The translations under genes were made by a program, and so were the position numbers. Of a stretch of 64,000 bases of DNA, positions 51,086 to 60,912 are shown in pieces (position 1 is the first letter of the stretch; each line of letters opens with the position of its first letter). The stretch lies in the NCBI GenBank assembly GCA_035652275.1, contig DASREB010000339.1, forward strand, positions 1,142-65,141. The letters run 5' to 3'. A model generated the notes under the pieces. It made no database searches, had not been told where the DNA came from, and worked only from the letters and a program-made list of their open reading frames with translations. The stretch is from Burkholderiales bacterium (lineage in GTDB: Bacteria > Pseudomonadota > Gammaproteobacteria > Burkholderiales > SG8-39).

Positions 51086-51600
51086 ATGACACGACGTGTT
51101 GCGGTATCGCGATAGTGCGAGCCATCGCGCAAGCCGATCATGCCCTTCCGTCCCGCGGCGTCACGAAAGGAAGTTCCGGTGCCCCCTGCAAGGCCTATTA
51201 ACTCTCGGCGCACGGGACCGGGGAAGATCGTTGGCGTTACTGATGAAGTCGCACGAGACCCATTCGCGATCCGGAGCACAATCGCTCGATGCCTGCCGCG
51301 CTCAAGAATGCCTTAGATGCCGGATCACGGCCTTACGGCAAGAACGTATGGAGCGGTAAGCCAGGCGCTGTGGTCAGCGCTTCGCCCGGAGCGATCGGGG
51401 GATTTGGTGCCAATCATCACCTCCGGCAATCGCTCGTCTTTTTGAACGTGCCGGCGATGCCGCAGCCGGAAGCCTATCTCGGAGGCGCCGACAAGCTTTT
51501 CGACGCGAGCGGTAAGCTCGTCAATGACGGCACGCGGAAATTCCTTCAGGGGTTCATGCAGGCCTATGCCGCATGGATCGCGGCGAACATAAAGGAGTGA
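51086..51600 (+). pseudogene. NADPH-dependent FMN reductase (ChrR/YieF-like), N-terminal half degraded
   Basis: The intact C-terminal 103 codons (51289-51600: MPAALKNALDAGSRPYG...GAIGGFGANHHLRQSLVFLNVP) match the family. Upstream, PEHNRS continues in frame, but MTRRVAVSR* (from ATG 51086) hits a stop and frame changes. Confidence 0.6.
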
Positions 51601-51605
51601 CATAG

Positions 51606-52370
51606 ATGGCACAGCGCGTATTAGTAACGGCGGGGGCTTCCGGCATAGGCAAGGAGATTGCGCGCGCGTTCGCGGCAAGTGCCGCCAAGGTTTGCGTCTG
51701 CGATATCGACGAGGCGGCGCTGCGCGCAGCCGCCAAGGACATCCCGGGCCTTATCACCAGGCTATGCGATGTTTCGAAACGGCGGGACATCGAGCGCATG
51801 GTTCCTGACGCCGTCGGTGCACTCGGCGGGCTCGACGTGCTGGTGAACAATGCCGGTATCTCGGGTCCGACCGCGCCGGTCGAGGCAATGGACCCGGATG
51901 CCTGGGAAAAGGTCATGCAAGTCGACCTCACCGGCACGTTCAACGTAACGCGCCTCGCCATCCCTCACCTGAAGAAATCGAGCGCCGGCGTCATCATCAA
52001 CATGTCTTCGGTAGCCGGCCGGTTCGGCTACGCGAACCGTAGTCCCTACTGCACTGCCAAGTGGGGGCTGATCGGCTTTACAAAGACGCTGTCCATCGAG
52101 CTCGGCGCGTACGGAATCCGCGCGAACGCGATACTTCCGGGCGCGGTGGCCGGGCCGCGCATCGAAAAGGTCTTCGAAGGGCGCGCGCAGGCAACGCACA
52201 AGCCGCTCGACGAGGTGCGCAAAGAGGCGATGGCGGCTCAATCGATCAAGAGGCTCGTCGAGCCCAAAGACATTGCCGCTCTCGCCGTTTTCCTTGCATC
52301 CGATGCGGCAAAGTCGATATCCGGCCAAATGTTGCCGATCGATAACGACATGCAGACGACGGGTGGATGA
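51606..52370 (+). CDS. short-chain dehydrogenase/reductase (SDR)
   Basis: 254 aa. VLVTAGASGIGKEIA, NNAGI, YCTAKWGL (Y-x3-K), IRANAILPGAV. Confidence 0.9.
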   Translation: MAQRVLVTAGASGIGKEIARAFAASAAKVCVCDIDEAALRAAAKDIPGLITRLCDVSKRRDIERMVPDAVGALGGLDVLVNNAGISGPTAPVEAMDPDAWEKVMQVDLTGTFNVTRLAIPHLKKSSAGVIINMSSVAGRFGYANRSPYCTAKWGLIGFTKTLSIELGAYGIRANAILPGAVAGPRIEKVFEGRAQATHKPLDEVRKEAMAAQSIKRLVEPKDIAALAVFLASDAAKSISGQMLPIDNDMQTTGG

Positions 52371-52420
52371 AGTGTCTAAGTGCAGGCGCGTGGGAATTGG
52401 CGCAAGCGGGCGCTTGATCG

Positions 52421-52873
52421 CTAGGGCCAGAGGATTGCGGAAAAGCCGAGGTGGTGCATGAGCTCGCGCGGGATGACAAGAGTGGCTGCGCGTTCGTTAC
52501 CGGGAGGAATGCCGTCGCCCGATCGGCCTCCGGAGACGGAGCGCGCGGCGAGCCGCTGGAAGGACTGCTCCACGGCCTGAATCGTCATCGGCTCGCCCGC
52601 CGGCACGCCGGCAGCGAGCGCGATCTCGCGAACGCGCACGTCGTCCGTCTGCAGGCGCAAGCCTTTTGCCGGCAAGGCTCGCACTCGGGCGATCTCGTCC
52701 TCTATCGCCGCGATGGCGTTCTCCAGTTCGAGCGACGATGGCGGATCGTGCTTGAGATGGTCGCGCGCGAGCGCCTTCCAGCCCAGGCCGTGCAAGAGGA
52801 GGGACGGCGCACCGGCTCCGTGCGGCTCGAGCACGGTGCGCTCGTCCTCGATGCGCAGCGCAAGTTCGGCCAT
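52421..52873 (-). CDS. hypothetical protein
   Basis: 150-aa ORF with ATG start, coding-like composition and no overlapping better ORF. No motif recognised. Confidence 0.45.
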   Translation of the reverse strand: MAELALRIEDERTVLEPHGAGAPSLLLHGLGWKALARDHLKHDPPSSLELENAIAAIEDEIARVRALPAKGLRLQTDDVRVREIALAAGVPAGEPMTIQAVEQSFQRLAARSVSGGRSGDGIPPGNERAATLVIPRELMHHLGFSAILWP

Positions 52874-52880
52874 GCTCGGG

Positions 52881-53435
52881 CTACTGCGCGAGCCCGATCT
52901 GCTTCATGAAGTCCTGGTTGTCCCAGAACAGCCACTCGTGGTCCATCACGCCGCCCTTCCAGTGGCCGATGGTGGCCATGCCGATGGCGAAGCGCTTGCC
53001 GGTCGGCTGGATCGATTTGCCGTCCGGCGTCGGCATCGGCTTCGTGAACGTGCCGGTCATGACGCCGGTCACGGCGGTAAAGCTTCCGGAGCCGAAGCGG
53101 ACCGGGTGCACCTTGATGGTGATGTCGGGCGCGAAGACGAAGAGCGCCTTCAGGTCCTCGATGTGCCGGTCGATGCCCTTCGTCTCATGACCGTCCGGCC
53201 AGGTGACGACGATATCGCTGGCATGGCTCTCGTGCAGACGATCCCACTTCTGGTTGCTGAAGACGTCGAAGTCGAGCACATCGAACACCTTCAGGTTGCG
53301 CTCGACCTTGGGTGCCTGTTTCTCGTGCGCAGGCGCAGGTGTCGTGGGGTTCTCGGCCTGCGTCTGAGCAAGCGCATAGTTGGAAGTGGCGCCGACGACG
53401 GCGGCGATCAAGGCAATGCGATACGTGCTTTTCAT
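52881..53435 (-). CDS. secreted SnoaL-like ester cyclase family protein
   Basis: 184 aa. Signal peptide MKSTYRIALIAAVVGATSNYALAQ. FAPDITIKVHP...TGVMTGTF...QPTGKRF...EWLFWDNQDFMKQIGL follows the ester-cyclase pattern. Confidence 0.7.
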   Translation of the reverse strand: MKSTYRIALIAAVVGATSNYALAQTQAENPTTPAPAHEKQAPKVERNLKVFDVLDFDVFSNQKWDRLHESHASDIVVTWPDGHETKGIDRHIEDLKALFVFAPDITIKVHPVRFGSGSFTAVTGVMTGTFTKPMPTPDGKSIQPTGKRFAIGMATIGHWKGGVMDHEWLFWDNQDFMKQIGLAQ

Positions 53436-53455
53436 GATTGTTCCTTTGTAGAGAG

Positions 53456-54052
53456 TTAGCGAAGCTTGGCCGCCACCTGGGCGATGTACCTGCCTTGGTA
53501 GCGTGCGCCTTCGAGCTCGACCTTCGACGGCTGGCGGCTGCCGTCACCGCCGGCGATGGTCGACGCGCCGTAGGGCGAGTTGCCCATCACTTCCGTGTGG
53601 CCCATCTGGCCGGCGAAGGCGTAAGGCAGGCCGGCGATGATGAAACCGAGGTGCAGGAGCACGGGGTGGAAGGTGAGGATCGTCGATTCCTGGCCGCCGT
53701 GCTGCGTCGCAGACGACGTGAACACTCCCGCCAGCTTGCCGACCAGCGCGCCGCGCATCCAGAGGCCGCCGGCCTGGTCCAAGAAGTTCTTCATCTGCCC
53801 GGCCATGTTGCCGAAGCGTGTCGGCGTGCCGAAGATGATCGCGTCGTAGCTGGCGAGCTCCTCGACCGTGGCGACCGGCGCTTTCTGCTCGAGCTTGAAG
53901 CCGGATTTCTTCGCGATCTCCTGGGGCACCGTCTCCGGCACGCGCTTCACCGTGACTTCGGCGCCGGCATCGCGTGCGCCGGCTGCGACTTCCTCGGCCA
54001 TGCGCTCGATGTGGCCGTACGAGGAGTAATAGAGGACGAGAACCTTAGCCAC
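53456..54052 (-). CDS. wrbA: NAD(P)H:quinone oxidoreductase WrbA
   Basis: GTG 54052 after [25 protein letters not shown] flavodoxin-like start, [17 protein letters not shown]. Confidence 0.9.
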   Translation of the reverse strand: MAKVLVLYYSSYGHIERMAEEVAAGARDAGAEVTVKRVPETVPQEIAKKSGFKLEQKAPVATVEELASYDAIIFGTPTRFGNMAGQMKNFLDQAGGLWMRGALVGKLAGVFTSSATQHGGQESTILTFHPVLLHLGFIIAGLPYAFAGQMGHTEVMGNSPYGASTIAGGDGSRQPSKVELEGARYQGRYIAQVAAKLR

Positions 54053-54515
54053 GGGCGCTTCCTTTGCGTGAATCGAGCGAGAATCTTCCGGCGCCGTGCG
54101 CAACGACGTGCAGCAACCCGCCGACGAGCGCGAGATTCTTCATGAAGTGGATTGTCTGGTTGAGCGCCTGGTCGGCCGGTACGGCCCAGAAGTTGTGGAA
54201 GATGGGCGTAACCAGCAACGTGAACAGGCCGAGCACGAGGGCGGCCGCACGCGTCTGGTAGCCGGCGGCGAGCGCGAGGCCGCCCGCGAGCTCGGCGAGT
54301 CCCGCGACGTAGACCAGCAGGCCGGCGAGCGGCACGTGATAGGCCTGCATGTAGGCGACGTTGCCGGCGGTGCCGAGGAAGAGCTTATCGATGCCGGACC
54401 AGATGAACATCGCCGCGAGCGCGATGCGCGCCGCGAGATCCACACTGTCGGTCAGCGCGAAATTGCGCTCGGCGGCGCGGTAGGTGGGGGCGTAGGTACT
54501 AGAGGCTGATTGCAT
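54045..54515 (-). CDS. DoxX family membrane protein
   Basis: 156 aa from ATG 54515 (AAGGAGA RBS). [19 protein letters not shown] and [20 protein letters not shown] are typical DoxX segments. 8-nt overlap with wrbA. Confidence 0.8.
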   Translation of the reverse strand: MQSASSTYAPTYRAAERNFALTDSVDLAARIALAAMFIWSGIDKLFLGTAGNVAYMQAYHVPLAGLLVYVAGLAELAGGLALAAGYQTRAAALVLGLFTLLVTPIFHNFWAVPADQALNQTIHFMKNLALVGGLLHVVAHGAGRFSLDSRKGSARG

Positions 54516-55347
54516 GAGCTGCTTCTCCTTCTGAGTCGATGGTCGAGGTTGCGTGCGGCTGCGCACTGAAGACGAAGGCGTCCATTGCGAGCACGCCATA
54601 CGTCGTAGAGCGCACCGGGTGATGCAGGATCCCGCTGTCCGGCGCCGCGCCGAGCGCGGCGAAAAGCGGCAGAAGGTGTTCGTCGGTGGGATGCGCCCTT
54701 TCGGCAAAAGGCGCGCGGCGCCGGTAGTCGAGGAGGGCTGGCACGTCGTTCGCGCTCAGGCGCTCGAGCACCCACGCGCGGAATTCCTCTACATAGGGCT
54801 CCGCGCCGTCCTCGTCGGGCCGCGAGGGATCGAACTCGTACAGGTTGTGCGTGAAGCTGCCGGAGAAGACGAGCAGCACGCCCTCGTCGGCGAGCGGCGC
54901 GAGGAGCCGCCCGAGCTCGAACTGGCGCTTCGGCGCTTCGCCGGGCTGCAGCGAAAGCTGGAAGGCCGGCACGTCGGCATGCGGGTACATGAGCTGCAGC
55001 GGCACCCACGCGCCGTGATCGAGGCCGCGGCGCTCGTCGATGCGCGTCGGCCGGCCGGCAGCGCTCAGGCGCTCGGCGACGCGGCGCGCCACTAAGGGCG
55101 CGCCGGGCGGCTCGTAGCGCAGATCGAAGAGCGCCGGGTCGAACGGCCCGAAATCATGGATCGCGCTCATCTGCGGCGCACCGCTGACGATTGGGCGCGC
55201 GCTCGTCCAGTGTGGCGACACGACGAGGATGGCGCTCGGCGCGGGCAGGGCGAGCGCGACCTGGCGAAGAGCCGGGCCGACTTCTCTGGGCCGCAGCGCG
55301 AGGGTCGGCGCGCCGTGGGAGACGAAGATCGATGGCAGGCGAGTCAT
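54499..55347 (-). CDS. class III extradiol ring-cleavage dioxygenase (LigB/YgiD, 4,5-DOPA dioxygenase-like)
   Basis: Start at ATG 55347 (MTRLPSIFVSHGAPT). LVVSPHW, GLDHGAWVPL, GSFTHNL, EHLLPLF are family motifs. Confidence 0.85.
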   Translation of the reverse strand: MTRLPSIFVSHGAPTLALRPREVGPALRQVALALPAPSAILVVSPHWTSARPIVSGAPQMSAIHDFGPFDPALFDLRYEPPGAPLVARRVAERLSAAGRPTRIDERRGLDHGAWVPLQLMYPHADVPAFQLSLQPGEAPKRQFELGRLLAPLADEGVLLVFSGSFTHNLYEFDPSRPDEDGAEPYVEEFRAWVLERLSANDVPALLDYRRRAPFAERAHPTDEHLLPLFAALGAAPDSGILHHPVRSTTYGVLAMDAFVFSAQPHATSTIDSEGEAAHAISL

Positions 55348-55405
55348 GCCACCCACTGTAAGGGCCGGCCCGCCACGGAAACAGGGCACCGGGCGGAAAT
55401 CATTG

Positions 55406-55430
55406 TTACGATCCGCGTAATAATCGGATC
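55406..55430. promoter_or_regulatory. candidate LysR-type binding site (T-N11-A dyad) in the divergent dioxygenase/LysR promoter region
   Basis: TTACG-atccg-CGTAA (55406-55420) overlapping a second dyad GATCCG-N9-CGGATC (55410-55430). Confidence 0.4.
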
Positions 55431-55438
55431 GCCGCCCG

Positions 55439-56410
55439 ATGGATTTCATCCACGCCTTGCGGGTTTTCGTTCGCGTTGTCGACGCGGGAAGCTTCGTGCG
55501 CGCCGCCGAGCAGCTCGACACCTCGAACGCGGCCGTGACGCGGCAGGTGGCCGCGCTGGAGAAGCACCTCGGCGCGCGGCTTCTCAACCGCACCACGCGC
55601 AAGATCTCGCTCACGAGCTCCGGTGAAGCGTTTGTCGACAAGGCGCGGCGGATCCTCGAGGAGATCGCCGAAGCCGAGAGCATCGCCGGCGAACGCCGCA
55701 CGGCGCCCGCGGGCGTCCTGCGCGTCAGCGCGCCGCTCTCGTTTGGCGTCGGTCACCTGTCACGGCTGCTGCCGGGTTTCCGCGCCCGCTATCCGAAGGT
55801 GCGGCTGGACATCGACCTCACCGATCGCGTGGCAGACCTCGCGGCGGAGGGCATCGATGTCGCGCTGCGCATCGCCCGCGAGCCGCGCCGCAATCTCGTG
55901 GCGCGGCCAATCGCCTGCGTGCGGCTGGTGGTATGCGCTTCGCCGATCTATCTCAAGCGCCGCGGCACGCCGGCGCATCCTTCCGAGCTGGCGCAGCACG
56001 AGACGCTCAGCTATTCCTACCTTTCAGCGGGCGACGTCTGGGAGCTGCAGCGCCCGGGCGAGGAGCCGGTCAAGGTCCAGATCCGTCCTTCGGTCCATGC
56101 CACGAACGGCGACCTGCTGCGCGAGCTTGCGCTCGCAGGCGGCGGCATCATCCTGCAGCCGAGCTTCATCGTCGGCGCGGACCTGATGCGCGGGACGCTG
56201 GTGCCGCTGCTGACCGATTGGAAGGCGCTTGAGCTGACGCTCTACGCGGTGTATCTCAGCCAGCGCCAGCTCTCGCCGCGGGTGCGAGCGTTCATCGACT
56301 ATCTCGTCGAATCGATCGGCGCGGAGCCCTATTGGGAAAACTGGAAGCCCATGCCGGCTCGAAAGTCGGCGAAGAAGACGCTGCCGCAGTCCGGGAAACG
56401 GAAGGCCTAA
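55439..56410 (+). CDS. LysR family transcriptional regulator
   Basis: 323 aa. N-terminal HTH FVRVVDAGSFVRAAEQLDTSNAAVTRQVAALEKHLG. Divergent from the dioxygenase-doxX-wrbA operon. Confidence 0.92.
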   Translation: MDFIHALRVFVRVVDAGSFVRAAEQLDTSNAAVTRQVAALEKHLGARLLNRTTRKISLTSSGEAFVDKARRILEEIAEAESIAGERRTAPAGVLRVSAPLSFGVGHLSRLLPGFRARYPKVRLDIDLTDRVADLAAEGIDVALRIAREPRRNLVARPIACVRLVVCASPIYLKRRGTPAHPSELAQHETLSYSYLSAGDVWELQRPGEEPVKVQIRPSVHATNGDLLRELALAGGGIILQPSFIVGADLMRGTLVPLLTDWKALELTLYAVYLSQRQLSPRVRAFIDYLVESIGAEPYWENWKPMPARKSAKKTLPQSGKRKA

Positions 56411-56458
56411 ACGCGCTCGACCGGGGGCCCGCGCTGATCGAGAACCGGCTTGCGCACG

Positions 56459-57823
56459 CTATTTCAATCCTCCGCCTAGGGCCGAATAGAGGTCGACGGC
56501 ACTGGTGTCGCGCAGGACCTGCGCCTGGACCATGCCCTGTTCTGCCGCGAAGAGCTGGCGCTGCGCGTCAAGGTAGTCGAGCGAACCGGCGACGCCGCCC
56601 TTGTAGAGCTGCTCGGTGAGCTTGACGCGCTCGCGCTCGGCGTCGCGCAGCCGGGTCTGGGCGGCGAGCTCCTGGCCGACGGCATCGCGCGCGGCGAGCG
56701 CGTCGGCCACCTCGCGGAATGCAATCTGGATCGCCTGCTCGTACTGCGCCACAGCGATGTTCTTTCGCGCTTCCGCGACGTCGAGGTTCGCCTGGTTGGC
56801 GCCGGCCGTGAAGATGGGCAGCACGAGCTGCGGCACGAAGGACCAGACGCCCGTGCCGGCGCCGAACAGCCCGCTCAGCTCGCCCGAGGCGGTGCCCAGG
56901 CTCGCGGTGAGCGAGATGCGCGGGAAAAACGCGGCACGCGCGGCGCCGATGTTTGCATTCGATGCGATCAGGCGCTGCTCGGCTGCGCGGATGTCGGGGC
57001 GCGACAGGAGGAGATCGGACGGCAGGCCGGCGCCGATGTCGGCGGCAAGCAGCTGCGCGCCGAGCGGGCGCGCCGGCGGCAGGTCCGCGAGCGGCGTGCC
57101 GGCCAACAGCACGAGCGCGTTCATCGCCTGCGCCTGCTGTCGCGAGAGCGACGCGACCGAGGCGCGCGCCGCTTCCACAAGCGATTGCGCCTGACGCAGC
57201 TCGAGCGCCGAGGAGGCGCCGGCGTCGAAGCGCTGGCGCGTGAGCTCGAGGGATTTCTCGCGCGTGGCGAGCGCGCGCCGGGCCAGCTCGAGCTGCTCGG
57301 CGAAACCGCGCTCGGCGAGGTAGGACTTCGCCACCTGCGACACCAGCCCGAGCTGCAACGTGCGCTGCGTCTCTCCGACTGCCAGATATTGCGCGAGCGA
57401 AGCGCCGGTGAGGTTGCGCACGCGGCCGAAGACGTCGAGTTCGTAGGCGGCGACCCCTACGCCGACCTGGTACTGCGTGCTGTCCACCGCCCCGCCGGTG
57501 CGGCTGACCGATGCCGCCCCGGACACCGCCGGCAGCAGGTCGGCGGCCTGAATGCGGTACAGACCGCGCGCCTCCTCGATGCGCAGCACCGCGACGCGCA
57601 GGTCGCGGTTGTTCTGCAGCGCGAGCTCGATGATCCTGCGCAGGCGCTCGTCACTGAAGAACTCGCGCCATGCGATGTCGACGGCACGCCGTCCCGAGGC
57701 CGCCGCGGTTTCGCCCGGAAACGTGGCAGCCACCGGCGCCGCCGGTCTCTCGTAGGGCGGCGTGAGGTTGCAGCCCACCGTCGCGGCGGCGAGCGTTGCG
57801 GCGGCGTAGCGAAAGCGCGTCAT
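56459..57823 (-). CDS. RND efflux outer-membrane lipoprotein (NodT/OprM family)
   Basis: Start at ATG 57823 (ATGA overlap with the pump gene). Lipobox LAAATVGC. Repeated TolC-like coiled-coil pattern. Confidence 0.9.
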   Translation of the reverse strand: MTRFRYAAATLAAATVGCNLTPPYERPAAPVAATFPGETAAASGRRAVDIAWREFFSDERLRRIIELALQNNRDLRVAVLRIEEARGLYRIQAADLLPAVSGAASVSRTGGAVDSTQYQVGVGVAAYELDVFGRVRNLTGASLAQYLAVGETQRTLQLGLVSQVAKSYLAERGFAEQLELARRALATREKSLELTRQRFDAGASSALELRQAQSLVEAARASVASLSRQQAQAMNALVLLAGTPLADLPPARPLGAQLLAADIGAGLPSDLLLSRPDIRAAEQRLIASNANIGAARAAFFPRISLTASLGTASGELSGLFGAGTGVWSFVPQLVLPIFTAGANQANLDVAEARKNIAVAQYEQAIQIAFREVADALAARDAVGQELAAQTRLRDAERERVKLTEQLYKGGVAGSLDYLDAQRQLFAAEQGMVQAQVLRDTSAVDLYSALGGGLK

Positions 57824-60800
57824 TTCTTTTTCCGGTTGAACAGACGCGACACCACGACGAAGAACGCCGGCACGAAGATCACCGCGAGCACGGTCCCGGT
57901 CAGCATGCCGCCGATGACCGCGGTGCCGATCGCCCGCTGGCTCGCCGAGCTCGCGCCCGATGCGACTGCGAGCGGCAGCACGCCGAGCATGAAGGCGAGA
58001 GAGGTCATCAGGATCGGGCGGAAACGCAGCGCGATCGCCTCCAGCGTGGCGACGACCAGTTCTTTGCCGTCGGCATGCAGGTCCCTGGCGAACTCCACGA
58101 TCAGGATCGCGTTCTTCGCCGACAGGCCCATCACCGCGAGCATGCCGACGTTGAAGTACACGTCGTTGTCGTAGCCGCGCGCGCCGGTGAGCAGCGCAGT
58201 GCCGAGCACGCCGAGCGGCACGACCAGCATCACCGCGATCGGTATCGACCAGCTCTCGTAGAGCGCCGCGAGCAACAGGAATACCGCGAGCGCCGAGAGC
58301 GAATAGAGCAGCGGGGTCTGCGCGCCGGTGAGCCGCTCCTCGTAGGAGGTACCGGTCCATTCCAGGCCGATGCCGGTGCCGAGCTCGGCGGTGAGGCGCT
58401 CCATCTCCGCCATCGCCTCGCCGGTGCTCAGGCCCGGCGCCGCCTGGCCGCTGATCTTGAAAGCCTGATAGCCGTTGTAGCGCGTGAGCTGCACGGGCGC
58501 GGTCACCCAGCGCGCCGAGCTGAAGGAGGAGAACGGCACCATTTCCCCGCGCACGTTACGCACGGTGAGGCGGGCGATGTCGTCGGGCTCCATGCGCGCG
58601 CCGGCTTCCGCCTGCAGCATCACGCGCTGCTGGCGACCCTCGGCCGGGTAGTCGTTCACGTAGACGGAGCCGAACGCGGCCCCCAGAGCGGTGCCGAGGT
58701 CGGCCATCACCAGGCCCTGCGCAGCTGCCTTCGCGCGATCGATGTCGACCTGCACCTGCGGCGCGTCCTCCAGCGACTCGGCACGCACCTGCGCGAGGCG
58801 CGGGCTCTGCGCGGCCGCCGCGAGGAGCCTATCGCGCGCAGCGGTAAACGCGGCGTAGTCCATGCCCGACCGGCTCTGCAGCCGCATGCTGAAGCCGGCG
58901 GCGTTGCCGAGCGACGGGATCGGCGGCGGGTTCAGCGGGAACACGATCGCGTCGCGGATCGTCGCCACGAACGTACCGAAGGCGCGACGCACCAGCTCGT
59001 CGGCGGACTCCTCACGCTCGTCCCACGGCTTGAGGCTGATGAAGGCAAGGCCCGCGTTCGCGCCGCTGCCGGAGAAGCTGAAGCCGATCACCGACACCAG
59101 GTTTTCCACCGCAGGCTGCTTCAGATAGAACTGCTCGACCTGCTGCATGGCCTCGATCGTGCGGTTGGCGCTCGCGCCGGCGGGAAGCTGCACGTTGGTG
59201 AGCACGACGCCCTGGTCCTCGGAAGGCAGGAAGCCGGTCGGCAGGCGCAGGTACAGGAACACCGCGACCGCGGCCACGACCGCGTACACCAACATCGTGC
59301 GGCCGGTGCGCCGCAGCAGGCGCGCCACCAGCCCCTGGTAGCCGCGCGCGGTGCGGTCGAAGCCGCGGTTGAACCCGCCGAAGAACCCCTTGCGCGGCGC
59401 ATGCGTGCCGGGCTTGAGGAACGAGGCGCAAAGCGCCGGCGTGAGCGTGAGCGCCATGAGCGCCGAGAACGCGATCGCGCCGACGAGCGAAAGCGAGAAC
59501 TGGCGGTAGATCGCGCCGACTGCGCCGCCGAAGAACGCCATCGGGATGAACACCGAGATCAGCACGAGCGTCATGCCCACCACCGCGCCGGTGATCTGCC
59601 CCATGGCCTTGTGCGTCGCTTCGCGCGGCGCTAGCCGGTCCTCGGCCATGATGCGCTCGACGTTCTCGATCACCACGATCGCGTCGTCCACCACGATGCC
59701 GATGGCGAGCACCATGCCGAACATGGTCAGCACGTTGATCGAGAAGCCGAACGCCGCCATCGCCGCGAACGCGCCGAGCAGCGCGATTGGCACCACTACG
59801 GTCGGGATCAGGGTCGCGCGCCAGTTCTGCAGGAACAGGAACATGACCAAAAACACCAGCGCCACGGCCTCGACCAGCGTGCGCACCACGGCCGCGATCG
59901 ACAGGCGCACGAAGATCGAGGTATCGAACGGCACCGCGTAGCCGACGCCGGGGGGGAACTGGCGCGAGAGCTCCTGCATCTTCGCCTTGACGGCGTCGGC
60001 GGTCTCGAGCGCGTTGCCGGTCGGCGTTTGCTGGATGCCGATGCCGACCGCGGGCCGGCCGTTGATGCGAGCGCTGGTGGCGTAGCTCTGCGCGCCGAGC
60101 TCGACGCGCGCCACGTCGTGCAGCCGCACCGCCGAGCCGCCCGGGCTCGCGCGCAGCACGATCTCGCCGAACGCCTCGGGCGTGGCGAGCTGACCGCGTA
60201 CGCTGATGCCCGCGGCGATCGGCTGCTCCGCGGGAACGGGCAGCTCGCCGAGCGCGCCGGCGGCGACCTGCAGGTTCTGCGCGCGGATGGCGGCGACGAC
60301 GTCGGCGGCGCCGAGCCTCAGGCCCTCGAGCTTCGCGGGGTCGATCCACACGCGCATCGCGCGCTCGGAGCCGAACAGCGTCGCCTCGCCGACGCCGGGA
60401 ATGCGCTTGAGCTCGTCCAGGATGTTGCGCGTCGCATAGTCGCCGAGCGCGATCGGATCGATCTTCGGGTCGGAGGACGACAGCGAGACCACCATCAGGA
60501 AGTTGCTGGTCGACTTCGAGACCTGCACGCCCTGCTGCACCACGGCCTGCGGCAGGCGCGCCTCGACTCGCTTCAGCCGGTTCTGCAGGTCGACCGCTGC
60601 GAGGTCGGCGTTGGTGCCGGGCTGGAAGCTCGCCCGGATACTCGCGGCGCCGTTCGACTCGCTCTGCGACTCGATGTAGAGCAGCCCTTCGGCGCCGTTC
60701 AGCTGCTGGTCGATGATGCTGGTGACGCTCTGGTCGAGGGTCTGCGCGTTCGCGCCCGGATAGGTGGCCCGGATCACCACCGTCGGGGGGGCGATCTCCG

Positions 60801-60906
60801 GGTACTGCGCGACCGGAAGGCGGGTGATGGAGATCGCGCCCGTGACGATGATGAAAAGTGCGACCACCCACGCGAATACCGGGCGGTCGGTGAAGAAATT
60901 CGCCAC
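57820..60906 (-). CDS. RND multidrug efflux permease (HAE1, AcrB/MexB-like)
   Basis: 1028 aa. MANFFTDRPVFAWVVALF N-terminus, 12-TM plus two large periplasmic loops. Confidence 0.95.
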   Translation of the reverse strand: MANFFTDRPVFAWVVALFIIVTGAISITRLPVAQYPEIAPPTVVIRATYPGANAQTLDQSVTSIIDQQLNGAEGLLYIESQSESNGAASIRASFQPGTNADLAAVDLQNRLKRVEARLPQAVVQQGVQVSKSTSNFLMVVSLSSSDPKIDPIALGDYATRNILDELKRIPGVGEATLFGSERAMRVWIDPAKLEGLRLGAADVVAAIRAQNLQVAAGALGELPVPAEQPIAAGISVRGQLATPEAFGEIVLRASPGGSAVRLHDVARVELGAQSYATSARINGRPAVGIGIQQTPTGNALETADAVKAKMQELSRQFPPGVGYAVPFDTSIFVRLSIAAVVRTLVEAVALVFLVMFLFLQNWRATLIPTVVVPIALLGAFAAMAAFGFSINVLTMFGMVLAIGIVVDDAIVVIENVERIMAEDRLAPREATHKAMGQITGAVVGMTLVLISVFIPMAFFGGAVGAIYRQFSLSLVGAIAFSALMALTLTPALCASFLKPGTHAPRKGFFGGFNRGFDRTARGYQGLVARLLRRTGRTMLVYAVVAAVAVFLYLRLPTGFLPSEDQGVVLTNVQLPAGASANRTIEAMQQVEQFYLKQPAVENLVSVIGFSFSGSGANAGLAFISLKPWDEREESADELVRRAFGTFVATIRDAIVFPLNPPPIPSLGNAAGFSMRLQSRSGMDYAAFTAARDRLLAAAAQSPRLAQVRAESLEDAPQVQVDIDRAKAAAQGLVMADLGTALGAAFGSVYVNDYPAEGRQQRVMLQAEAGARMEPDDIARLTVRNVRGEMVPFSSFSSARWVTAPVQLTRYNGYQAFKISGQAAPGLSTGEAMAEMERLTAELGTGIGLEWTGTSYEERLTGAQTPLLYSLSALAVFLLLAALYESWSIPIAVMLVVPLGVLGTALLTGARGYDNDVYFNVGMLAVMGLSAKNAILIVEFARDLHADGKELVVATLEAIALRFRPILMTSLAFMLGVLPLAVASGASSASQRAIGTAVIGGMLTGTVLAVIFVPAFFVVVSRLFNRKKK

Positions 60907-60912
60907 CTGCTC

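Noticed and set aside
50409-51125. 238-aa minus-strand ORF spanning the remnant region and the DUF2630 gene
   Set aside because: It is antisense to the well-supported DUF2630 gene, which has its own RBS. It has no motifs and its composition looks non-coding.
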